This document shows, piece by piece, positions 12,229-27,294 of a stretch of DNA of 64,000 nucleotides (its first letter is position 1; the number at the start of each line of letters is the position of its first letter). The notes beneath the pieces were generated by a model, which saw only the letters and a list, made by a program, of their open reading frames with translations, had not been told where the DNA came from and searched no databases. The stretch lies in assembly GCA_964252035.1 (NCBI GenBank), contig OZ176207.1; one strand, 5' to 3'. This stretch comes from Podarcis erhardii. Lineage: Eukaryota. Position numbers and translations under genes: made by a program.

Positions 12229-15200
12229 GACCTTAGTATATGGTTTCATTATTGCTGGAAGCCACCCAGAGTGGCTGGGGCAACCCTGTCAGATGGGCAG
12301 CATACAAAATATTGTTATTATTAACATTAGCTGCTTTAAGTGGGACAGAAATGGTTTTTTTATTTAATCCAAACCACCTTAAGGATATAGAACAAAAGAA
12401 TTTTAGACTCGTTTAGAAAGTAGGGAAACAATACAAGCCAACACATTTAAACGCTTGGCGATTGGCATGAAGTATATCCGTAGGAAGTGCTACTGCTACT
12501 ACTTTGACATCAGCAAACAGACTTAAGTTGATACCTGCTTTCTCTCCCACTAACATGATACAAGACAACACCAGCTGAAAACTGAAATAAGAATGCCATC
12601 GTTTTGAAGCTTTCCATTTGTTCAATGGCTTGGAACAAAATAGGCATGGGAGAAATATCGTGGCCATGTACAGGAAGAGAGAGGTCCCTCTTGTCTTGGT
12701 AAGACACAAAAGGGTCACAGTTCAAAGTAAGACAACCCCTTATGGGGAGGGGAAGCAAGGGGGGTGGCTAGCTTTGTAGCACAGCTGCCACTACAGGGTT
12801 GAAGAGGAGGTCACTCCAACAGGATGCAGCAGAAAGCTCAAGGCATTATTACAAATGAAACAAGCCTCAGGGGATTCCTCAGCAATCCGATAGCCATGTC
12901 CTTCAGAAGTCAAATAACTTTAGGGAGGGGAAAGTATTTACTTTCTAAACAGAGACCAGCTTAGAGGGCTTAAAACTGAGCATTCACACACAAACCTGTT
13001 CATTCTCATGTAGCCCTTTGAAAGGACAAAAACCTCAAAATTCCCCATGAGCAATCTCCGTATCTGGATCCATCTCTCCACCCTTGAGAACAGTCATAGC
13101 TTGAGCTCATGTAAGGTTTACTCAGAGGTTTGAGTTCAGTGGGGCTTCCTTGTGGGATAGTGTGTACTGCAAGGATGGGGAATCTTTTCAACCTGAGGGT
13201 AAGCATGAGGAGGTTGTTTTTGATTTTCTTAAACCAGTACAACGCATGTGGATTATGGGTTTTGCCATATTCACAAAAGAGCACACATATTTGTGTATGC
13301 TTCTAATCATATGCAAATTTACATCCTCCCTTGCGTGGGGTGAAGGTGACAAACATAAATTAGGAGCCAAGTGCAAGCAAGCAAGCAATGTTTCTGACAA
13401 AACAATAATTGTATTTCTATACTAGAAAGGACTTCACCTGTTCAATTTCTGCCTGCCACACAGCTGTTCAAAGCATAAGAGCCCTGCTCTCCCCCCCGGT
13501 GCCAACCCTAAACCATGCAAATAACACTCTTTTGATTTTCTCTGTAGATTAAAATAATGGAGAAAGGCTGCCTGCCCTAGTTCTTCGCAGTTACTCAATA
13601 CACGGCATAATTTCTGAAGCATATGTTACACCCTTTGCTCCGAAACCTCTTCCACTGCTTCCATGTTTGAAGGTGCTGGCTGCAATTACTTAGGGATTAA
13701 AATAAGTCACTCTGTTGTAAATCTGAGGAGAGTGTCTGAACATGTACATACATGCCGTAAACCAGTCCCAGCATAATTTAACTTGACTCTCTCCCTGTCA
13801 TCTCAAGTTTTTACTGACCATATAACCTTGGTTATTATATTTGTCCTGCTTCTTGTGTTGCCTTCATTTTAGCCTCTTTCACAGGCCCAATAAGTAGACT
13901 ACTCATACCACTGGAGACAAGGTTGCCCAGTAATTTACATATCTTCCCCATGTATTCTCTTCTGTTCAAAGTACTGAATTTGCATCATTCACGTGTTGTC
14001 TCACAAAGCACAAATATAAGCAGTGCCTTTTTTGTGATGGAACAGAGTACCATCGCCTCTTTTTTTACTGGCCATGAGTGTTGGTTAAGGTTAAGTGAAG
14101 TTTTCCTCCAACATCTATTTAACCAAGCAACACTTGAGTCTCTCTCAGGGAACTTTCCCAAGGCAACAGATTTGAGCTTCTCCCACACTGGGTGTGGAGT
14201 TGTTTAAACTTTGTCAGGGTGAGCACGTCATTTTTATGATTATTTTGTATTGTCTTTCTTTTATATTATGTTTTATTGTACTTCTAAATGTTGTTGCATA
14301 CACCCCCAATATTTTATATGAGGGGCAGTCTAGAAATATTTTTATGAAGTAGATAAATATGATAACTTAATCAAATGCACACAATAGCCCATATAGCTTT
14401 TAGCTTACATGTAGAATTTGGAAACAGATGTGCAAACTGAACTCTAAATGGAAGATTGGCATAAAATCTGTGAGACTTATCCAAGCCTTTCATTATGTGC
14501 CAAAATAAAAGAACTGTCATGCAAAATCCTATCTAGGGCTCCCCCACAAAAAAATAATATACAAAACCAGATTGGTCTCTGGTTTAAGCTGGTATGCATG
14601 TTATGTTTTTTAGATGCTTTAATTGCTTTAAAATGTTTTTAGATTGTTTAAAGTATGTTTTCATTTCACTTTAAATTGTATTGTTTAACATTCTGATGTT
14701 TGTTGCTCTGGCCTCCTTTGGGCAGGATACAAATTTAATAAATAAAAGTGTGCTTTTCCACATTGTGAGAATGTGAAGCTGTAGCAAGGTTTTCGTTTTT
14801 CCTGCTGCTGTATATGAAAGCTGATGAGTCGTATCACAGACACCATCCTTCCTCGAATCCAGCCAACAATTTGCTGCATTCTTTTAATAGTTAGCATGAC
14901 AAATACAAAGTTAACAGACATTAGCAATAATGTTACATGGTTGATGGACTAAGCTAATCATCACTGGTCCAAGAAATACTCAAGGGGCAAAAATACAATT
15001 ATATAGTATCCATTCTCAAGAGACGATCAGAAGAATGAGCATTAAATTTAAAGGTTCTGCAATTTGTTCCAAAAGCATTTATATAATGTTTTCTTATGCA
15101 TGTACAATACATACATGTAATGAAGTCATGCCAGGTAAGAGATCCACCCTTGTTTCTCATTTACCGTTGGGCAGATAAGCTTGAGTTAGCCAAACAGTGG

Positions 15201-18200
15201 AATTTCTTTCACTCTCCCCATCAAGTCAATTGCAGAATATTCTCATGAGAAATCTACGCAGCAAACTTTGGCCAAATGAAACAATACAAAAAAAGCTCAA
15301 CAGCTTTTGTGTCCGGATTTTTAACTTTTTGAAATATGGCAACCTTATGCTGTGCTGCATTTTGTTTTTTGAAAAAGTTTTAAACCTACACTGGCTTTTT
15401 TAAAAATATAAAATAAAACCAGTAGAAATCTCATTTAAGACAACTTCCTTTAAGGTTTTTATTAGCCAATGCAAGATTAGGGTTTCACAATGAAACCAGA
15501 ATTCTGAAAACGAAACAAACTTCAGTTGCCAAGAGATTGTAAAGTGGAAAACATGCTTCAAACCAGAGAATTCTGCTTTTTTTTCTTCTTCTTCTACAGG
15601 TCAAGTGCCCACAGCACCACTGTGAGGTGCTCCATCAATGTGCCATGTTGAAAAGCAACACTTAGAAAGAACTGCAGTTGACCTTCTATTTCTTACTGGG
15701 ATGAAAAAGTCTCCAAGACAGCCCTCTGACAGTAAAATAAGTAAATGAAAATACTATACAGCACTTTTGATTTTTAAAAAGGAGAATGAGAACTCTTAGG
15801 ACACCTCATGGCATGACAGACATGTTTTCACTTGAACAATTTAGGAATAAATGTGTATGTTTATGATCCAATTATCTTCACTCATGCTAGAACTTCACTA
15901 AACTGTCAAAGATCTGCAAGAGACTAGGTATTAATATTCTGTTGTGTAGCTTTCCTCCCCCAACTTACATTGTGACATTTCTACAAGTCCTTTCAAATGT
16001 AACCAACAGAGTGTTTTACATATTGAGACAAATTACTGCAAATGTAGTGTCAGTTTACTCATGATTATACCCAAGATTCATGCTTACATGTCACTATCTG
16101 TGGCTGCATCAGATCCTTAATCTGTACCTGGAGGTAACAAATACTGTACAAAATGTGTCATGTTAACTTAATAGACGATTATTAAACTGAAATATTCTGG
16201 CTCTTTGCCACATCATTTTAGGCAATATATCATCAACTAAATTATAAAACTCTTGACCCTTCACATGTCATCAACGTTTGTGTTATCAATATGTTTAGCC
16301 CAGAGCTACAATACAATTAGTCATTTAAATTGCAGATATCTTTCACACAAGAAAATAATTAAGTTCATCTCTGTACAGGAATGGCATTCTATGGGCCTGT
16401 GAGCTGCACTGCTTAAACCTATAAATGGCAGTCTAGAATATTTTAGCCAATTTACAGGCAAACATCTGACGTCGTGAGTGTGGCCCAAACTGACAACCTT
16501 CTACGAAATTCAGAGATGAAACTGAAACTCCACCATCCACTGACAGATGTGACATACAACACATTTGTTGCTTCCTAGTCTCTTCCAATGAGACTGTGTC
16601 TCAGTTACAGAGAGTCCCAAGATGCACCAAGCACTTACAATTGAGGGGACTCAGTCAGCATGCAAGTCAAGGAAGCTGACAAGCTTCTGAACCCAGGAGT
16701 AAGGAATCTGCAATCCTCCAGAGGCTGTTGGACTATAATTCCTATCAGCCCAGCCAGCATGCCCTACGGTCAAGGATGATGGGGCAGCAGTAAGTTCCAC
16801 AGCCCTGCTCTAGAATATACATTTGTCTGCACAATTAGCTGAAAGTCAGTCAATTTGTGCATTATTCCACAACCACGAGAGTCAGCGCTTAAGGGGACTT
16901 GAACTGTTACTGCCAATGCACCAATAGTGTCAAGTATGGTGCACGCACTGATACTGAAGAGATAGCTATCAACTCTATTTCACATAGATATGAACATATA
17001 GGCACAGTGCTGCAAATGTGATTTTTGAAGAATCAAATCAAAAGGTAAATCTTGCTTCAAACCTCTAATCTTCAGGAGAAGAGTGTCCAGGCTTATGCAG
17101 TCAAAATGGCAGCATCAACACAGAAGAGGGTACTCATAGGAACCCTGGGATTGGAACGTCACCAACTAATGTTCTATATGTGGCAATGAATGGGAAGACT
17201 TCCTTGGGCAGAGTTTAACTGCTTTCACAGGAAAGTGCCAAGGAGAAGTCTGGAAAAAGTGACCTGGCCCTCAGGTAATAACGGCAACCTTCCCAGGAGA
17301 TGTCTACCCAAAACACTTGGCACGCTGGGAGGGGCATGAGCAACATAAACTAGTTCACTCCCCCCCCCAAAAAAAGATGCTTTAGCTATCCATATAACTG
17401 TATATATATGAAAAATGCATGCGTCTGGTGCATTGCCACTAGTTTTATTTAACACTTATAGAAAGATAAATAACTGGAAACGGTCAGATGTGTGTCAAAC
17501 TGCTTAAGCTCTTTGACATTTAACAGCTTTAGAAAATAAGTATCTTTGCACTCGATGGATATAGTTCTACATATTTAAATTAGACATGTTTTCTCAAAAT
17601 ATGCTTTTGGTGATTCCTAGTGTGTACAGGCCCCCAAGCCATATTCTTCCATTTCAAGGCCATCCTTTCATCTCTGAACACAACACTGTTTACTCATCAG
17701 GATGTTTTGCTTTCCTTGTTATGCGTATACTGCAAGCATTCTGCTTCTATAAAAAAAAAAGATTTCTCAGAGATTATTTGATTTAAAAACTACTTTACAG
17801 TCATAACTCTTCAGATCCATTTACAATACACCTCACCATTTCTAAACCCCAGCAAAGAACCAGGGCACTTCAACACTGGTTGGAACAAACTGCTTAGTGG
17901 CTGGACCCTTCAGCACTCTAATAGCCGACAAACTAAAATGGAATTTGCACAGGAAGTCCTAGCATCTATGTAAAAGATTAAAGCTCCCAGAGATTTGTGT
18001 ACTGTAAAATAATGTTACAACACATGCCACTCTTCCTCTCATGGTTAGAAATCTAAGCCTCTGCAGCATGGGCTGGCAAATATTGGTGGCCACATTCTCC
18101 CACTCCCATACCTAGTGATATTAAAGTTATGGCCTGTCTCAAATTACTTGGCAAAATTATATTCAAGAAAGCAGGCCCTATCACACTCAAATATTCAACC

Positions 18201-19576
18201 TGGGTCATGTTGCTTTTTTTGTAGTTGAATACCAAAATATATTCTTCATACACCTAAAACTGTTAAGTCTTAACACAACATTGTGTTCCCACTTCACAGC
18301 TACACTTGCAGGTGAGCTGCAGTTGGTTGTCTCTCCCTGTTGAAAGTCCACTCTGACCAACCTGGATTAATTTCTGTAGTGCAGGGATGGGGTCCTTCAT
18401 GCCTCCAGATGTTGTTGGACTCCAGCTCCCATAGGTCCTTCCCAATGTGACCAAAGGCCAGGATGGTGGGAGTTGGAATCCATCAACATCTACAGGTCCC
18501 CCACCTCTGCTATGTTTGGAGCATCACTCGTAGGTGCTTAGAAACCAAATGAATTAACTGACTTGCTACATATTTTATAGACACCCTTATAAAGATGCAA
18601 AGTGTAGGCATAGCATGCCTTAATGAGTGCTTCCCTTTATGTTGCACAAAATGTTGGATGCTATTGTTCTGATGTATAACTCTATTGCCACTGGCATTTT
18701 CATCTAGTGTTATGTAGGGTTACAGCACAAGTGTTTAATAAGGTAGGAACAGCATCAGTGACAGCAAGAATATGTCTAAGGGGCAGCCATTATATTATCC
18801 TCTAGAATTATAGAAAAGTAAAAGCTAAGAATAATTACTACCTTGCTCTGCTGTAGCCTTCACCTACTTAATAGTAAACACCATGATTTACCTAATGAAA
18901 GCCGAATGGTTAAGGGAGGGACCTGGGAAAGTTGTTATACCAAGCTCATGATTTTAAATCTTTTAGCAGTAATTAAGGTAGATAAAAGCTCATTCTACAG
19001 GCTGCAAGAAGATAGCCACTAATTTATTAAAATTTCAAGGCACACACCCAAGCTCAAAGGCAAGATAATATCCCTGTTGGTGGACTGATTCACTTTTGTT
19101 GGCTAGTCAAAAATTTATTCCACCATTCTTACCCTGAGAAGCAAAATATCATACCAGAGCTCACTTGTCCCCTGAACATCCTTAAAATTCTGGGCAACAT
19201 TGTTAGAGAACAGCCATTGGTTTTAAACATCCCGTGTGGGTGTCCTCCATTCGCAGGCGATGGGTGCTCCAGTCCAACCTCATCGGGAGTACGCCATGTT
19301 AGCAAAGGCAAATAGGTATTTCAAGTGAACTTTTAAATTTCTTTGAAATAGCTGGCTAGTTTTATAATGTGTGGGGGGGGGGATTGAAATGTATTCAGAT
19401 GATCATTCTAGCTTTTTTAAAATATTCGTTTTATATCTAGACTTAACAGCAACCAAAATAGTTAGGCAGAAGAAGAGTTCTCGACTGACGGAAACCCAGG
19501 AACTTTCCATTCACCATCATGCAGAAGCAGGTGGGATAACAAGAGCAAATGGATTTTCTTTCATTATTCGGGAACT

Positions 19577-19577
<1 letters not shown>

Positions 19578-19624
<47 letters not shown>
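19578..19624 (+). repeat. (AG)n microsatellite
   Basis: Direct read. Confidence 0.95.
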
Positions 19625-19627
<3 letters not shown>

Positions 19628-19984
19628 GATGAGATTCAGGATGAGAATTCTGAAATGCTGTGAGACATCCAAGATAGGTGGGAAAAGACTTGAGACTTGC
19701 CTTAGATATCATACAAATGATGCCCATGACATGCACAACCACAGCCAATGGAAAAGACACTAGCCACCCTTGTCCTCTTGCTACGTTTTACTACAGGAGT
19801 AGTAAAACACCATTCCTTTTCAGAACACAACTCATAATCATGCAGAACTTTTCCGGATGCCAAGAGGCTGCTTCATTGCCGCTAAAACTGATAAATATCA
19901 AGTCACGTGAAATTCCAACAATATACAAAACAGAAACACAGTTCAGCTGGAGGATACTAAACCAAGAAGGGTTACTGCACATAC

Positions 19985-20092
19985 CTCCAGTCCGGATGAA
20001 TCCAGTGGCCTCTTTTTTCTTGGTCCAATGGCTGCCAGAGCTGCATGGTTAGCCTCCATTTGCTGCATTTGTGCAAGTTCTAATTGCTGCAA
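19985..20092 (-). CDS. TAF4B: TAF4B exon 14 (LQQLELAQMQQMEANHAALAAIGPRKKRPLDSSGLE)
   Basis: Acceptor cctaaattag|TTG, donor GAG|GTATGT. 108 nt. Contains the ALAAIGPRKKR motif. Confidence 0.96.
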
Positions 20093-22344
20093 CTAATTTA
20101 GGAAGAAAAGAGGAAGTTATGAGTAGGTTGGTCTGCAGTACCCTGAAAGTCACGGCTCAACTTGAGTCAGTTAGTCTTAGCCTTGGCCAGTCTTCTACAG
20201 TTAGAAATTCATGAACCGAGTGTGTTCTTGTTTGCTTGTTATCCCATTTGTATAGCAATAAAAAGGTTCAACAAGAAGCATATTTAGGGACATCATTCTA
20301 TAGGTCACTATACATTTGTTTTGGAAAAAAATACGTACTTCAGTGGAACATTTACCATTTAAGAAAGTATGTAATAAACTCTTTAATATTAAGCATCCCA
20401 TTCTCCATTTCCTTTATTAAAAATATTTATTCTGAAAGAATCTATTAATACTGTTTTAGCTTATGTTTCCTCCGTCTTGCAGGAAGCAGTTTTGATTTAT
20501 GAATATTTACCTAAACCTCATTCTGACTGCTATTTGTAATAGGCTGAGATGGCTAGAGCAATGCAGGTAGCCACCGCATACATCTCTTAGCACCAGATCA
20601 CAAATACATACATGCAAGATACTTGAGAACTCTGCACTGTGACAAGATGCAAATATATGAATCACTTCTACTGAGAAGTATTGCACAGGAGGTATCAAGT
20701 TCCAACCTGTTAAATCTGCCATGGCCAATTCACAAAAATAAGTTTACTGCATGTTGCAGACAGACAGTTGTGCTATGTGAACCAGCTCCCATGTGTCTTT
20801 ACACCCTAAATTCATCCCTCGAGGGATGAATTCAGCTACAGCAGCTTATAGCAGGGATAGCTACATGCACTCCCAATGTTGTTGCAACTGCCATCAGCCC
20901 TGGCCAACATGGCCAATTGCCAGGGAGTATGGGAGCTGGGAATCCAAAACATCTGGAGAACCACAGGATAGATATGTTACTTATCCCTAAACCAGATGAA
21001 GCAATGTCCCACCAAGTCTCAAGACTAGTACTCTATAGACTTCTCAGCACTACTATATATTTGCTCAGAAGGCACAAGTCTTGAGATCAGAAGCCAGCCA
21101 GAAAGCATTTCAAGCCCATTTTCCCTTCTTCGATTTTTCCATCTGCTACAAGTACAAAGATTTTTAAAAAAACCTGTGTAAAGATCAAATTGCTATGAAA
21201 ACGTTGCAGAAATTGTAAAATGGTCTTTGTTGCTGCTGGCCTTTTTAATAATAATATATAGGTTTTTTAAAAGTCTGGTCTTGAAGCAGTCAGGAGTTTC
21301 TAGGTGACACAATAACCATTTTAGTTAATCTGACCTGAAGCACAAATAAAGTGGAGGCACATTTTTTTAAGCCCTTCCCAATGGTGAAATGGCATTTGCA
21401 GCATAGCTGTAATCACATGAAGCAATTTTTAAGAAGGGGAAACTGCTCTGTTCTCCTGTTCAGTTTTAAGAAAAGATTTCCTTACCATCTCACAGAAATT
21501 GGATTTTTCCACTTTCATAAAACTTGCAGACACACACACACCATATTTCAGTACAAGTAGGAAGGGCAAGTATTTTAGTTTAGGAAGAAGTACATTGACT
21601 TGTTGCTTTTGACGCACTTAAACTCTTCAGATGCTAGACAGTTGATGGTCACTTGAACTATTGTTTTATTTTGCCCATGCACCAGGGCATTCTGAATACT
21701 TAATGTGCTTTAATAAACAGCAAGCATTATCTACTTCACTGTGGTACAGAGCAAGCATTATCCACCTGATAGGTACAGAAATAATACATTCCAGAGGGCA
21801 GTGAAGGCCCCAAACAGCCTTCAAGTGCCATTTTACATTCAAGGGAAGCTGGTTTGAAACCTTTAGCCCTCATAGGTTCATAATTTAGCCAGCAGAATTC
21901 CTCTCCATGTTGCCCTTCCAACAGGAGATGCAAATGCAACTAAACTATCCAATGACTGTTGCACCTATTACCACCTGTCATGCCATCTGATATGTAAAAC
22001 GAGTGACATTAGTTCAGGTCAGATGCAATGGGAAACTAATCTCTCATGGCATGAATGAGACATGGAAAGTTTCAGGCTTGTATGCACTGTCCTCTTGTCT
22101 CATCTACTTGAACTTTCAATCCCGATTTTGAACTGTGCAGTTTTACATGGTGTGCAAATCTGACTTGGTGCATTCTCATGTGGGACAGCAAACAGCCCAC
22201 AAAAAGAACAACTGCAGCTGAAAGTTTATAGGAACAAAGGCTACTATGTGGCTTTCATGGACTGATGGAAGGTTTTATTGGAAAATGTATACCTACTCCA
22301 AACAGAGAACTGTGTTAAGTCTGGGTGTCACAGTTTAAGGAGGC

Positions 22345-23350
22345 CTTTGGAAAAAAACCTGTAGTGTGTCCAATAGGCAACCAGGACAAAAGGCTTGGAA
22401 ACCACATCCATAAAGAACTGTTCAAAGAACTGAGTATATTTAGCTTGAAGAGAGTATAATGGAGAAACAGGATAGTGGCCTTCAAATATATCAGGCACGT
22501 CCAACCTAAAGTTGGTTGCGATCTATCAACAAGTATCAAAAACTGGCAGTGATCTACCACCCTCCAAAGTCATTTAAGTTAAATAAATAAATAAATGGAT
22601 CTTTATTTCACAGATATAGTAGCTATATTTGGATATCATTATGACAGATCCAAATAGTTACTAGATGGACAAGTAACTAAACAAGTAAGGAAAGTCAAAC
22701 TATATTTTTATATTAGTTTGCACAGATCTAAGGAGCCAGCTTCTCTCTGTGTGTGCTAACTCTTTCCTTTCTGAGTTGCTTCCTTCCTTGCTCCGTGATT
22801 CTCCTTCACTGCTTCTGTCCCCGCCCCCATCAAAGGGAGCCTTCCCAAGCAGCTCCTCCCTCTGTCTCTGGCAGCCGCCTCCTTCCCCATTGAGAAAGCC
22901 AGGCTAAACCCACCTCCCCTCTTCCAGCAGCATCACACAGACCTCCCCCCACCTCCCTCGTGCCTCCCTCCATCTCCCCGCATGCGCTGCTCAGAGAAAG
23001 GCCCTGTGATTGACCAGAAACAACCTCGCAATTGACGTGTTGTACATGGCTGAACTATATGAAGACCTGTCACACAGAAGATTGAGCAGACTTGTTCTCT
23101 GGTGCTCCAGAAGAGCAGTGCTAGAAATAATAGGTGGAAATTGCAGGGAAGGTGATTTTGGATAAGCATTAGGAGAAACTTCCAAATAGCAACAGCTTCC
23201 CCACTAACAGTGGAACAAACTGTCTTGGGAGTTGGTGGGCTCTCCTTTGCTGGAGGTGCTTAAGCAAAAGTGGGCAGGCTTCCATCAGGGATGCAGTATG
23301 TCCTGCTTTTAGGCAGGGGGTTGGACTAGATCTCCAAAGTCCCTTCTAGC
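22345..23350 (+). mobile_element. Old CR1 3' fragments (~22345-22505 and ~23050-23350) interrupted by other sequence
   Basis: Degenerate similarity to the CR1 at 11271 (ggcttggaaacc...tttagcttgaagagag; ggttggactagat...gtcccttc). Confidence 0.55.
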
Positions 23351-23365
23351 TTAACCACTCTAAAA

Positions 23366-23397
<32 letters not shown>

Positions 23398-23544
23398 ACA
23401 AAAAACCCAAACAAATACACAAGATGAAAAATGCAATAAAACCAAACACCATTTTACAGCCTATAATATTCACATATGGACTCTGCAATCTTCCTGCTCT
23501 CTTTTAGACCTTTGTTGTCAAAAAGTTCAACTTACTGTCTAGCA

Positions 23545-23680
23545 CAGTGTTTCCCAAACTTGGGTCTCCAGCTGTTTTTGGACTACAGTTCCCATCATCC
23601 CTGACCACTGGTCCTGCTAGGTAGGGGTGATGGGAGTTGTAATCCAAAAACAGCTGGAGACCCAAGTTTGGGAAACACTG
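23545..23680. mobile_element. 136-bp palindromic hAT MITE (same family as 27295)
   Basis: TIRs CAGTGTTTCCCAAACTTGGGTCTCCAGCTGTTTTTGGA. Flanks gtctagca/gcttagca (degenerate 8-bp TSD). Confidence 0.9.
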
Positions 23681-24129
23681 GCTTAGCAGCTTTTCCTGTT
23701 CCTGGTTTATTTTTTAAAAAGAATGTATTCAGCCATCAGCTTCTCAAATTACTTTGCTTGCTTCAGTTTATGCTCATTTATGAGAACTTCCCCCCTCATT
23801 TGGATAAGACTTCTATTTTTTAAGGAACCCTTCTTCCCATTTATAGCTTCCTTGACCTTGGCATTTATGCCTGCTTGAATCCTCTTGGCACTTGTTCATC
23901 ACCATTCTAGTCTGTAGTACTACTGCAGTGATTTAAAAGAAACTTCAAAGCTGCCTGAAGAGGTCTGACCCACCTGACCCACCCCTTCAACTTCCTTTTA
24001 ACTAATCTCCTCATTTGAGAAGTTTCATCTTTTGAAGGCAGGTGCAAGTGCTGAAATTTCCAAGCAACTTTCCCCTTACATATTGTGGCCACTTTTCCCA
24101 AGTGGTCCAGCAACACTTAAACACCATAT

Positions 24130-24245
24130 CATGGGTAGGCAAACTAAGGCCCGGGGGCTGGATCCGGCCTAATCACCTTCTAAATCCAGCCTGCGGACAG
24201 TCCGGCCCCCCACAAAGTCTGTGGGGGAAAATTTGCTGACCCCTG
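24130..24245. mobile_element. Internally deleted hAT-type MITE
   Basis: Ends CATGGGTAGGCAAA / TTTGCTGACCCCTG. Flanks caccatat/cactacat. Confidence 0.55.
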
Positions 24246-25544
24246 CACTACATCCTGGGTACTGCATGATATTAGGTTAACACCTTGCCTCTTGCTCCGT
24301 GGCCTCCATGAGGAATGATTATGACTTAGAATAACTTGCAGCATCTTGAAATTTTGTCCAGCATTATCTTAAACCACATTTTACCTACTCAGTGTGAGGA
24401 TTGTTGAAACCACCACCACCACATCTTATGCTCTGGCTACAGGTAAGAGTTGAGAATGAAAGCAATATCTAAAGCTTACCATAAAGCCAGAGGAAGGGTG
24501 GTATTGGAAAGGAGAACAAATACCAGAAGGTCAAAGATGAGCTGTTTTGACCAACAGGTCAAACTTGTAATCATCAGGAATGGTTTCAACTTGGAAAGCA
24601 ATCCCTTTTAGTTATTCCCATCCCAAAATCAACTTTGAAAGTTACCTCTCAAGTTCCATTTCTACTGGGGAAATGATGGCAAGGCAGCATGACAGTACCA
24701 AAGCACTGTTATCCATGGAGTTGTGCATATGCAATATTGATAGATACAACCCTGAAAAGAACCAGAGTGACTCCTCCGGTTGAATGTGCTTCTGGTGTGG
24801 GCATGAGTATACGTAACTAAAACGGCATATTACTTTAATTATTATTCCAATTCCCTCCCCCGGTACTGAATTTTGCATTGTAAGCTCTTTGGGGCAGGCA
24901 GCTCACCTTTTGCATTCTAAAGCACTACTGAACACTAATGGCGTTATGTATAAGGAAGTCAAAATGTTTCCATAACTGGGCACTGCACCATTCTCAAGTC
25001 ACTCCTCCCAAGGTTTAGGGTAGTAAAATGCACAACTAGAGGTAAATATCCATTAAGAGTATCTTATAGGGAACTGCTTTCTTGATAGCAAAACTTAGAG
25101 GGGCAGAGACGAAGTAGCATTAGGCAAGTAACAATGGTAAGTTGTAAGTAATATGCATATTTTGATGTATAACGTCAATCCCACTCAACGCGCCTAAGGA
25201 AACCTTCTGATGCAGAGGGTCCAAATTCCCTCACTTATGCTCTCCTTGCATTCTGTGGGCATTCCTTTACTTTGGTTGAAGTCTGGTGCATAGATGCCGA
25301 GACCATTTCACGGGATTGCCATTTGTACTGCCTCTCCTCCTACATTAATCCAAACAACGAGGGCCCTTTAAAGCATTCATAAATAACCTGCTGCTGCTGC
25401 TGCTGCTGCTATTGGCACTTAGAAGCCAACCGTAGCAATGTTAAGCAACAACAAATTTGATAGTTCAAGAGGCACAGTTAAGAAAAAGATTGCTCAGAAA
25501 AACAACAACCACTCATTTACCACAGAGATCCTTAAAAATGGCAT

Positions 25545-26108
25545 NNNNNNNNNNNNNNNNNNNNNNNNNNNNNNNNNNNNNNNNNNNNNNNNNNNNNNNN
25601 NNNNNNNNNNNNNNNNNNNNNNNNNNNNNNNNNNNNNNNNNNNNNNNNNNNNNNNNNNNNNNNNNNNNNNNNNNNNNNNNNNNNNNNNNNNNNNNNNNNN
25701 NNNNNNNNNNNNNNCTCACTCACACAGTCTTCAACCTTAGGTATTTTCATTTAATTCNNNNNNNNNNNNNNNNNNNNNNNNNNNNNNNNNNNNNNNNNNN
25801 NNNNNNNNNNNNNNNNNNNNNNNNNNNNNNNNNNNNNNNNNNNNNNNNNNNNNNNNNNNNNNNNNNNNNNNNNNNNNNNNNNNNNNNNNNNNNNNNNNNN
25901 NNNNNNNNNNNNNNNNNNNNNNNNNNNNNNNNNNNNNNNNNNNNNNNNNNNNNNNNNNNNNNNNNNNNNNNNNNNNNNNNNNNNNNNNNNNNNNNNNNNN
26001 NNNNNNNNNNNNNNNNNNNNNNNNNNNNNNNNNNNNNNNNNNNNNNNNNNNNNNNNNNNNNNNNNNNNNNNNNNNNNNNNNNNNNNNNNNNNNNNNNNNN
26101 NNNNNNNN
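25545..26108. other. Two assembly gaps (25545-25714 and 25758-26108)
   Basis: Runs of N. Confidence 0.99.
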
Positions 26109-26524
26109 AACTAAATCCCAGTACCGCCTCCCAGCCAAAGAATTATAAGCAGTATCAGATTTACAAAACGAACAATTACCCTGGAAAAATGTAGCCTATT
26201 GTACAGTCCCAGATGCTAAATCTCAAAGTGTCTTCCCCCCCCCCCAATCCCACATTATATTCCTACCAAACACACTGCTGTATAGTTTAGGCCTGTCTAG
26301 AAATAGTTCTTTGTAAACTATGAAAATAAAATGTTAAGAGCTCATAATTCATTGACCTCATTTGAAGTGCTGCCCTTGCCTGTAGCAGTTCCTGTCCTTC
26401 CCCAAGGCCTCTGCAAATGGTATGCAACAGCAAAATAAACCCTGACCTAATTGCCAGGAGAGGAGGGCTGCCAACCTTCCCTCAGAATACAAAGGCAAAG
26501 CGTGGGGATTTGAAAAAGTCATAC

Positions 26525-26581
26525 CTCTTTTGCTTTCTGCTTTAATCGCAGCTGCTCCGGATCTTCTTTATTGGTACGGCT
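26525..26581 (-). CDS. TAF4B: TAF4B exon 13 (SRTNKEDPEQLRLKQKAKE)
   Basis: Acceptor tttttgatag|AGC, donor GAG|GTATGA. 57 nt. NKEDPEQ is the TAF4B form (TAF4 has RQEDPEQ). Confidence 0.96.
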
Positions 26582-26758
26582 CTATCAAAAAGGAAAGGAA
26601 AGGAAAAGAAGGGGGGAGGGAGAGGAAGAAAAAGAAAGACGTTTAATAGAAATTACTAGCACCCAAACACAACATTATCTTTAAATATTTAATAAGTTAC
26701 AATTTTCTCTTCTGATTGGAAATCTTAGCTGCAGGGAACGAATGCCTCAAGCCAGATT

Positions 26759-26760
<2 letters not shown>

Positions 26761-26820
<60 letters not shown>
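26761..26820 (+). repeat. Compound (CT)n(CA)n microsatellite
   Basis: Direct read. Confidence 0.95.
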
Positions 26821-27294
26821 AAAAAACCCTCTCTTCATCAGGGACTGCTGCCTCCATTCTAGCCCAGAGGAAGCTTGAACTAAAAATGATGCTAACATTG
26901 TCAGTCAGGTCCAGCCTAGGCGTGATGATGTTCATGTCAGCAACAGACACTTGGGAAAATGAGAAAAGCAGCAAGGAGGGAGATAAAAAGATCCGGCACC
27001 ATATTTGATGGGTGTGCAGAAGACCTCCTTAAGGAGCCTATTTTTTCAGTTCCTATATTGGGCCATTTTAAAATAGGTCATTTGCAAGAGTTATAACAGG
27101 TTACGTTTAATAGGTCCCAGGCAGCTACCAGTGGATCATCCGGTAGGGGAAGGAAAGACTTCTAGGTCCATTAGCAAATTGGTGTAACCTTGAAGCTCCT
27201 AGCTCAGTGCATAAGCAACTTGCTGAAGGCCACACAAAGCTCAGTCATCCCCTGCGATCTGTAATGTGGGATAATAGGAATGTACCCTTTAAGT

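Noticed and set aside
25140-25400. TE-free, complex intronic stretches (also ~30720-30900 and ~53160-53600) that look like conserved non-coding elements
   Set aside because: Cannot be supported without a multi-species alignment; no diagnostic motif or RNA structure was recognised.
25438-26194. ORFs of 100-245 aa in the track
   Set aside because: Artefacts of translating through N gaps.
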